Shown piece by piece: positions 57,963 through 64,000 of a DNA stretch of 64,000 nucleotides. Within the stretch, counting starts at the first letter, position 1. The number at the start of each line of letters is the position of its first letter. A program made the position numbers and the translations under genes. The notes below the pieces were generated by a model that was not told where the DNA came from, did no database searches, and saw nothing but the letters and a program-made list of their open reading frames with translations. Origin of the DNA: an uncultured bacterium (GTDB taxonomy: Bacteria; Patescibacteriota; Patescibacteriia; Magasanikbacterales; GWA2-37-8); the NCBI GenBank assembly GCA_937903605.1, contig CALCZC010000007.1:37982-101981 (forward strand), read 5' to 3'.

Positions 57963-59353
57963 TATTTTAATTTTATATTTACCTCTTCCAAAGATTTGGA
58001 AGGCAGTGTTGATGGCGCACCCATCATCAAGTCGCGAGCATCACTAGTTTTTGGAAAAGCCATGACTTCGCGAATATTTTCTTCTCCTTGAAGCAACATT
58101 ACTAATCTATCCAGACCCAAAGCCAAACCACCGTGCGGTGGCGGAGAAAAAGTAAAAGCTTCCAAAATATGTCCGAAACGAGATTCTATCTCTTCTTTGT
58201 TCAAACCTAGTATTTCAAAAATTTTATTTTGCAAGTCACGTTCGTGTATTCTCATGCTACCGCCACCGACTTCAAAGCCGTTGAGGACCAAATCATAAGC
58301 TATAGCTCTGGCCTTTAGGGGGTCTTTTTCCAAAATTTCCAAATCTTCATTTTGCGGACGAGTAAAGGGGTGGTGCACAGCTACCAGCTTTTGTTCTTCT
58401 TCGCTTTTTTCAAACATTGGAAAATCAACAACCCAGGCAAAAGCAAGCTCGTTTTTGTCGTTTTTATCTTTTCTTAAATCTGGTTTATCGTTGCCATATT
58501 TTTCCATCGCCTCTTTATAAGTCAAACGAGGAAAAGGTTTTTGCATTATATTTTTTTCTCCGTATTGTTCTTCCACTAATTTTATCATCGCCTCTTCCAT
58601 TAAATTTAGAATTTCTTCTTGATCAGTAAAAGACATTTCCAAATCAAATTGAGTAAACTCTGGCTGTCTGTCACCACGTTGATCCTCATCACGAAAACAA
58701 CGAACTATCTGAAAATACCTCTCCAATCCGGCAACCATCAAAAGCTGTTTGAATTGTTGCGGAGATTGCGGTAAAACGTAAAATTCACCTTTAAAAAGAC
58801 GAGAGGGAACCAAAAATTCTCGCGCACCCTCGGGTGTGCCTTTGGTCAAATACGGTGTTTCTATTTCTGTAAATCCCTTACCCGAAAAATAATTACGCAA
58901 AAATAAATTTATTTTATGACGATTGATCAAGTTTTTTTTCATTCTTTCGCTACGCAAATCCAAATAGCGATATTTCATGCGAAGCGGTTCAGAAAATTCT
59001 CTGGTATCCCCGCTAACTTCAAAAGGTAGTGCAACTGTTTCGTTGATAACTTTGATTTCTTTGGCTAAAATCTCCACCGTACCGGTTGGCATATCCGGAT
59101 TTATCTGTTTAGCCCCACGAGCTTGGACAACACCACGCAACTCAATCAAATCTTCCAAACGAATTTTTTTGAGTTCTTCGTTGGATTTTTCATCTAATTC
59201 GGAAGGAACACCGACAACTTGCAAAATACCGTCTTTGTCACGCAAATCAAAAAACGCAATCTTACCCATATCACGACGGGCGTTAATCCATCCTTTTAAC
59301 AATACTTCCTCCCCCACTTTATTTACCGTTTCGGTAGAAAAAATTCTATTCAT
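57962..59353 (-). CDS. aspS: Aspartate--tRNA ligase (bacterial type lacking the GAD insertion)
   Basis: YRYLDLR, TPEGAREFLVPSR, LPQSPQQFKQ, RQPEFTQ, HHPFT, PPHGG; only 463 aa. Confidence 0.96.
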   Translation of the reverse strand: MNRIFSTETVNKVGEEVLLKGWINARRDMGKIAFFDLRDKDGILQVVGVPSELDEKSNEELKKIRLEDLIELRGVVQARGAKQINPDMPTGTVEILAKEIKVINETVALPFEVSGDTREFSEPLRMKYRYLDLRSERMKKNLINRHKINLFLRNYFSGKGFTEIETPYLTKGTPEGAREFLVPSRLFKGEFYVLPQSPQQFKQLLMVAGLERYFQIVRCFRDEDQRGDRQPEFTQFDLEMSFTDQEEILNLMEEAMIKLVEEQYGEKNIMQKPFPRLTYKEAMEKYGNDKPDLRKDKNDKNELAFAWVVDFPMFEKSEEEQKLVAVHHPFTRPQNEDLEILEKDPLKARAIAYDLVLNGFEVGGGSMRIHERDLQNKIFEILGLNKEEIESRFGHILEAFTFSPPPHGGLALGLDRLVMLLQGEENIREVMAFPKTSDARDLMMGAPSTLPSKSLEEVNIKLK

Positions 59354-59357
59354 ATTT

Positions 59358-59636
59358 TTATATTTCTTTTATTGTTATCTCGTATCCATGTCCTTTGTTT
59401 ATTTTTTTAACAACAATCTTTTTATTATTTAATAATATCTGATTTTGTTCACCATCTTGAAGATGTTCAATCCTTTCTTTAATATCTCTTTCTCGACTGG
59501 CTATCATCGCCGGAAGATTTTCTTCCGCCCATGATTTTTTTATTCTTTCCATAATCTCATTTATATCCGAAATAACCTCTGAATCTGCAGAACTATCTTT
59601 TTGAACAAAAGAACCTCCCTTTTCAATAGAATTCAT
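59358..59636 (-). CDS. Hypothetical protein
   Basis: 92-aa ORF packed between gap and aspS. Confidence 0.55.
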   Translation of the reverse strand: MNSIEKGGSFVQKDSSADSEVISDINEIMERIKKSWAEENLPAMIASRERDIKERIEHLQDGEQNQILLNNKKIVVKKINKGHGYEITIKEI

Positions 59637-59665
59637 ATGGATTGTTTTAAAAAATTTATTTGATA

Positions 59666-60670
59666 TTATTTACTTGAACCAAACAATTCCGCCATTTCCA
59701 CCAATCGACTAGCATAACCGTATTCATTGTCATACCAAGCTACTATTTTTACCAAATCTCCGCCTACTACATTGGTCAAGTTCAAATCAACAATAGAAGA
59801 ATAAGGATTTCCGATAAAATCAGCGGAGACCAATTCTTCATAAGTGGCGTCAAGAACACCCTCAAATCTATCGGTTTTACTGGCTTTGACAAAAGCCTCA
59901 TTAATTTCTTCTTTGGTGGTTTTCTTTTTTAATACTACGGTAATATCTGATAATGAAACGGTCACCACCGGCACGCGAAGCGCAATACCGTCAAAAATAC
60001 CTTTTACCGCCGGAATAGTTTCTGCCACAGCTTTGGCCGCACCGGTTGTGGTCGGCACAATACTTTCCGCGGCTGCGCGAGCGCGACGAAGATCTTTGTG
60101 CGGTCCGTCTTGAATATTTTGATCTGCAGTATAGGCATGAACTGTACTCATCATCGCTTTTTCAATTCCAAAATTTTCTTCAAGCACCGCCATTACCGGA
60201 GCAATACAATTGGTAGTACAAGAAGCATTACTAATAACCTTTGATTCTTCATCTTTTACTTTGCCGCAATTAACTCCACGTACATAGGTCGGGATATCTC
60301 CACCTTTACCGGGAGCGGAAATAACTACTTTTTTAGCTCCGGCTTTTATATGAAGTTCGGCACCGTCTTTTTTGGTAAAATGTCCGGTGCATTCCAAAAC
60401 AACATCGATTTCCATATCTTTCCAGGGTAGCGCGGAAGGATCTTTTTCCGCAAAAACCGGAATCTTTACTCCGTCAACAATAATATTTTTTTCATCATAA
60501 CCGATTTCTTTATCATAGGTCGGATAAGCAGTGTCATATTTGAGCAGATGTGCCAAAGTCTTGGTATCGGTCAAATCATTGATAGCGACGATATTAAAAT
60601 TTTTCCTCCCAAAACCAGCCTTGAAAGAATGGCGGCCGATACGGCCAAAACCGTTGATTGCAATACGCAT
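59666..60670 (-). CDS. gap: Glyceraldehyde-3-phosphate dehydrogenase (type I)
   Basis: INGFGRIGR, SNASCTTNC, WYDNE. Confidence 0.98.
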   Translation of the reverse strand: MRIAINGFGRIGRHSFKAGFGRKNFNIVAINDLTDTKTLAHLLKYDTAYPTYDKEIGYDEKNIIVDGVKIPVFAEKDPSALPWKDMEIDVVLECTGHFTKKDGAELHIKAGAKKVVISAPGKGGDIPTYVRGVNCGKVKDEESKVISNASCTTNCIAPVMAVLEENFGIEKAMMSTVHAYTADQNIQDGPHKDLRRARAAAESIVPTTTGAAKAVAETIPAVKGIFDGIALRVPVVTVSLSDITVVLKKKTTKEEINEAFVKASKTDRFEGVLDATYEELVSADFIGNPYSSIVDLNLTNVVGGDLVKIVAWYDNEYGYASRLVEMAELFGSSK

Positions 60671-60678
60671 AAAATAAA

Positions 60679-61008
60679 TTATTTTAAATTAATTATTGAT
60701 AAAATTAGTAAGAAAAAAATAAAAGCCGCAGCAAACCAAAATACAGTATAGCCTAAAAATGCTAGTGCTTCTTTTTTTTGATTATCCAAGTACAATTGTA
60801 TCGGACGACCGAAAAACAAAATAGCCATAATCGCAGCCGATAATACGAGTAACATCAATGCGATGACTGGTGAGAAAAAATTATCCGCTTTGCCCAAGAG
60901 AAACTCGGCGACTTGAAAAAAGGCAGCAACACAAAAAATATATATAGTTGCTAAAAAAACATGTAAAAATGATTGTTTTAATAATTTTTTATCCATATTA
61001 TTGTTCAC
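60679..61008 (-). CDS. Small membrane protein
   Basis: Three TMs, LLVLSAA...FGRP..LYL motif. Confidence 0.7.
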   Translation of the reverse strand: MNNNMDKKLLKQSFLHVFLATIYIFCVAAFFQVAEFLLGKADNFFSPVIALMLLVLSAAIMAILFFGRPIQLYLDNQKKEALAFLGYTVFWFAAAFIFFLLILSIINLK

Positions 61009-61315
61009 TTTTATATCCTTGTTTAATAAAATCTGCAGACTCGCCTTTTAGAAAAAATCTGGCCTGACCGACTTTAAAACTAAACATATTTTCTTTTTCA
61101 TCATATTTCAAAGAATGAATGATGACATTTTGTTTTTGATCGGATACTTTTTCAAACTCATCTTTATTTCTGGTAGAAAAAGTAACTGCAGGTAATTCTT
61201 TACCTCCCGCCCAATCTTTCAAAAAATCTTGTATTGAATCCCCGTATTTTTGAAGCAACTCATAAGACTCTTTTTCCATTTCCGCCTCAGGATTAAATTG
61301 GTTGTGTTCTGACAT
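60998..61315 (-). CDS. Hypothetical protein
   Basis: 105-aa ORF overlapping the next gene by 11 nt. Confidence 0.6.
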   Translation of the reverse strand: MSEHNQFNPEAEMEKESYELLQKYGDSIQDFLKDWAGGKELPAVTFSTRNKDEFEKVSDQKQNVIIHSLKYDEKENMFSFKVGQARFFLKGESADFIKQGYKSEQ

Positions 61316-61374
61316 ATAAATTAAGCTTAAATTTCTTTATTTATTTGCTTTAAGCGTAAATTATCATACCATTT

Positions 61375-62559
61375 TTAAGTCACTTTCGCAAATATTACTT
61401 TGAGATATTCCCCTTCTGTATAAGAAGCCAGTTCCGGATGATCAAGACCATGAGTAAAAGTTTCCAAAATTTGTAAATTTCTACCTACTCGACCGGCAGA
61501 ATTGGCTAACATATGGCGAAAATCGTTCAAACTCAGATGGGCTGAGCAAGAAGCGCTCACCAAAATACCGCCCTGAGGTAAAATTTTCATCGCCGCTTCG
61601 TTTATCCTTTTATAACCAACCAAACCCTCTTTTATTTTGTGACGATTTTTGATAAAAGCCGGGGGGTCTAAAATGATAACATCAAATTTTTCCATCACGA
61701 CTTCACTGCGAACCAAAAACTCCTTGACATCACCGACTTCAAATTCGTTTTTTTTTAAATCCAATTTATTTAATTTGAAATTTTCTTTTGCCAATTCAAT
61801 AGCTCCTTGCGAGGCGTCCACACTGACTGTTTTTTTTGCTCCGGCAACGGCTGCATAAACACTAAATCCTCCGGTGTATGAAAAACAATTCAAAACTTTT
61901 TTATCTTTGACATATTTTTGCAAAGCTAGTCTTTTGTCACGCTGATCCAGGAAAAAACCAGTTTTTTGGCCAGTCATAATATCCACCCAAAACTTCAAGC
62001 CGTTTTCTTTTATTTCCACTTTTTCCGGTACTTTGCCATATAGTAAACCACTCTTACTTTCGGCGCCCTCAATCCCACGGGCTTTCATATCCGAACGTTC
62101 ATAAACACCTTTTGGTTTGATAATTTTCACCAAAGCGGAAATTATCTGCTCTTTCCAAAACTCAATTCCGCGATTATGAAATTGTATAGATAAATAATCG
62201 GCATATTTATCAACTATCAAACCCGGTAAAAAATCGTTTTCACCGTAAACCAAACGACAAGAATCGGTATTTTTACTGAGTACAAATTGTTCGCGAATTT
62301 CCAAAGCATTTTTAATCCTATTGTCAAAAAACTTCTGATCAACTATTTCTGTTTCATCAAAACCCCAAAGACGAACCGCGATTTGCGAATAAGAATTGAA
62401 GTAACCCTGTGCAATAAAACGATTATTTTCATCATAAATAGCTACCGGCATACCACAATCCAAACCCTCCGGGATTTGTTTAAAAGCACCGGAAAAAATC
62501 CAAGGATGGCGTGCCAAAACCGGTCCCAAACGCTTTGTATTGATAGTCAATTTGATCAT
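61375..62559 (-). CDS. rlmI: RlmI-family SAM-dependent rRNA (m5C1962-type) methyltransferase
   Basis: HPWIFS, PUA domain, GQKTGFFLDQR, FSYTGGF, ILDPPAF, EGEYLK. Confidence 0.88.
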   Translation of the reverse strand: MIKLTINTKRLGPVLARHPWIFSGAFKQIPEGLDCGMPVAIYDENNRFIAQGYFNSYSQIAVRLWGFDETEIVDQKFFDNRIKNALEIREQFVLSKNTDSCRLVYGENDFLPGLIVDKYADYLSIQFHNRGIEFWKEQIISALVKIIKPKGVYERSDMKARGIEGAESKSGLLYGKVPEKVEIKENGLKFWVDIMTGQKTGFFLDQRDKRLALQKYVKDKKVLNCFSYTGGFSVYAAVAGAKKTVSVDASQGAIELAKENFKLNKLDLKKNEFEVGDVKEFLVRSEVVMEKFDVIILDPPAFIKNRHKIKEGLVGYKRINEAAMKILPQGGILVSASCSAHLSLNDFRHMLANSAGRVGRNLQILETFTHGLDHPELASYTEGEYLKVIFAKVT

Positions 62560-62646
62560 AAAAAATTATAGTTTAAGTCCCTTTATTTTAAAGCAAAAAC
62601 AAAATAAAAACAACCCCGGATAAAATAGGGGCTGTTTTTAAAAAAC

Positions 62647-63171
62647 TTATTTATTTAAAATTCCCAATATGACCTCATCACACCATTTTCCTTCAAACTT
62701 TATCGCTTCTTTTTTAATACCTTCAATAGTAAAACCCAATTTCTTACATAATTTTATAGATGCAATATTTTTACTATTAATTTCTAATGTTAAACGTCTT
62801 AATTTCATTTTTTTGAAAGCATGTTCTATTATTTTATGCGATGCTTCCAAACCATATCCTTGTCTCCAAAATTTTTTACTAATTATAATTAAAAATTCCG
62901 CACTTTTATATTCACGATTAATACTGTAGAGGTTAACTTCGCCTATTGGCTGTTCTTTATTTTCCAAAACAACCGCAAGATGTACTGATTCTCCATTTTT
63001 CATCTTTTTTTTAAATTTTCTAAAAATTTTTTTATATTGTTCAAAGCTTATTTTTCCGCCAAACCATTTATTTATTTCGGGTTCGCAATATATTTTATAT
63101 AACGCTTTTAAATCCTTATACACAATAGCCTTTAAATATACTTTATTCTTATTGTTTTGATTTTTTAACAT
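62647..63171 (-). CDS. GNAT family (RimJ/RimL-like) N-acetyltransferase
   Basis: FWRQGYGLEA, N.ASIKLCKKLGF..EG. Confidence 0.88.
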   Translation of the reverse strand: MLKNQNNKNKVYLKAIVYKDLKALYKIYCEPEINKWFGGKISFEQYKKIFRKFKKKMKNGESVHLAVVLENKEQPIGEVNLYSINREYKSAEFLIIISKKFWRQGYGLEASHKIIEHAFKKMKLRRLTLEINSKNIASIKLCKKLGFTIEGIKKEAIKFEGKWCDEVILGILNK

Positions 63172-63267
63172 AAGATTAAAAAATATAATAATATAAATAT
63201 TATAACAGAAAAAAATATTTTACAAAAAAATCGCCTTTAAAGGCGATTTTTTATTCTTCATAAAAAC

Positions 63268-63999
63268 TTATTTATTCATTTGCTCCGCTACTTCCGCGGC
63301 AAAATCATTTGATTTTTTAGCCAATCCTTCGCCCAATTCAAAACGAACAAATTTTTCCACTTTTATATCAGCGCCTTTTTCCGCCAAATAAGCAGTAACA
63401 GATTTTTCTTCATCTTTGATAAAAGGTTGTTCCAACAAACAAACTTCACTATAAAATTTATCCATTTTTCCTTTGAGAATGTTTTCAATGATATTTTCCG
63501 GTTTTCCTTGAGCGCGTAATTGTTCGGCATAAATCTCTCTTTCTTTATCAAGTGTCCCGCTATCAACCATTTCACGATTCAAAAATTTTGGATTAGCGGC
63601 CGCCACTTGCATGGAAATATCACGAGCCAAAGATTCGTCGTTAGTATTGTTCAAAAGAGTAAGTACGGAGATTTTTCCACCCATATGCAAATATGGTCCA
63701 AAAACATCGCTATCTTTTTTCTCCAAAATTTCAAAACGACGTAAGGATATTTTTTCTCCGATAGTTGCAGATTTGTTAACAATATAATCGTTCAAAACAA
63801 CATCTCCGATTTTTTCCGCCAAAGCATTTTCCAAAGAAGACGGTTTTTTATCAAGTAAAAAATTGGCAATTTCATCAACCATTTTCTTAAATTCTTCATT
63901 TTTGGCGACAAAGTCAGTTTCGGAATTAACTTCCAAAACTACACCAAAATTTCCAACTGTTTTTACTTCGGTCAAACCCTCAGCTGCAATTTTATTTTC
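63268..63999 (-). CDS. tsf: Elongation factor Ts (5' end outside the window)
   Basis: IAAEG, EVNSETDFVAKN, IGEKISLRRF, MQVAA, LLEQPFIKD, DFAAEV. Confidence 0.97.
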   Translation of the reverse strand, partial: ENKIAAEGLTEVKTVGNFGVVLEVNSETDFVAKNEEFKKMVDEIANFLLDKKPSSLENALAEKIGDVVLNDYIVNKSATIGEKISLRRFEILEKKDSDVFGPYLHMGGKISVLTLLNNTNDESLARDISMQVAAANPKFLNREMVDSGTLDKEREIYAEQLRAQGKPENIIENILKGKMDKFYSEVCLLEQPFIKDEEKSVTAYLAEKGADIKVEKFVRFELGEGLAKKSNDFAAEVAEQMNK

Positions 64000-64000
64000 A

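Noticed and set aside
313-63744. Numerous short antisense or nested ORFs in the track
   Set aside because: They lie within well-supported genes on the other strand or frame and show no motifs or expression signals
1-64000. Alternative genetic code 25 (Gracilibacteria/Absconditabacteria)
   Set aside because: Conserved genes are full length in code 11, and TGA terminates rpmB and valS at the expected positions

Overview
AT-rich bacterial chromosomal segment read in genetic code 11 (TGA is used as a stop, e.g. rpmB and valS). Gene content points to a CPR/Patescibacteria (Parcubacteria/ABY1-like) genome, by inference: ECF sigma plus DUF5667 partner, archaeal-type PyrH, GAD-less AspRS, degenerate DHH protein, VirB6-like membrane protein next to a giant Cys-rich protein, and housekeeping genes without Shine-Dalgarno sites. 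Both flanks are mostly housekeeping: rplJ/rplL with L10 leader, rpmB, ndk, argS, tyrS, valS, tRNA-Val, tRNA-Leu, a 6S-like RNA, gap/pgk/eno/two gpmI, scpAB, aspS, rlmI, tsf. The most unusual region is 22.4-45.3 kb. A 2976-aa secreted Cys-rich protein is followed by a modular array containing two near-identical 217-bp copies of an alternative C-terminus for that protein, three lipoprotein paralogues with a constant N-terminus and unrelated C-terminal domains, an exact 142-bp promoter/RBS repeat and two divergent AAA+/DUF4143 ATPases. This looks like a recombination-driven surface-protein diversification locus. The accessory genes also share an expression signature (sigma70 promoter + boxA-like motif + strong SD) that the housekeeping genes lack. 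Heptamer-periodic hairpins occur in many intergenic regions.
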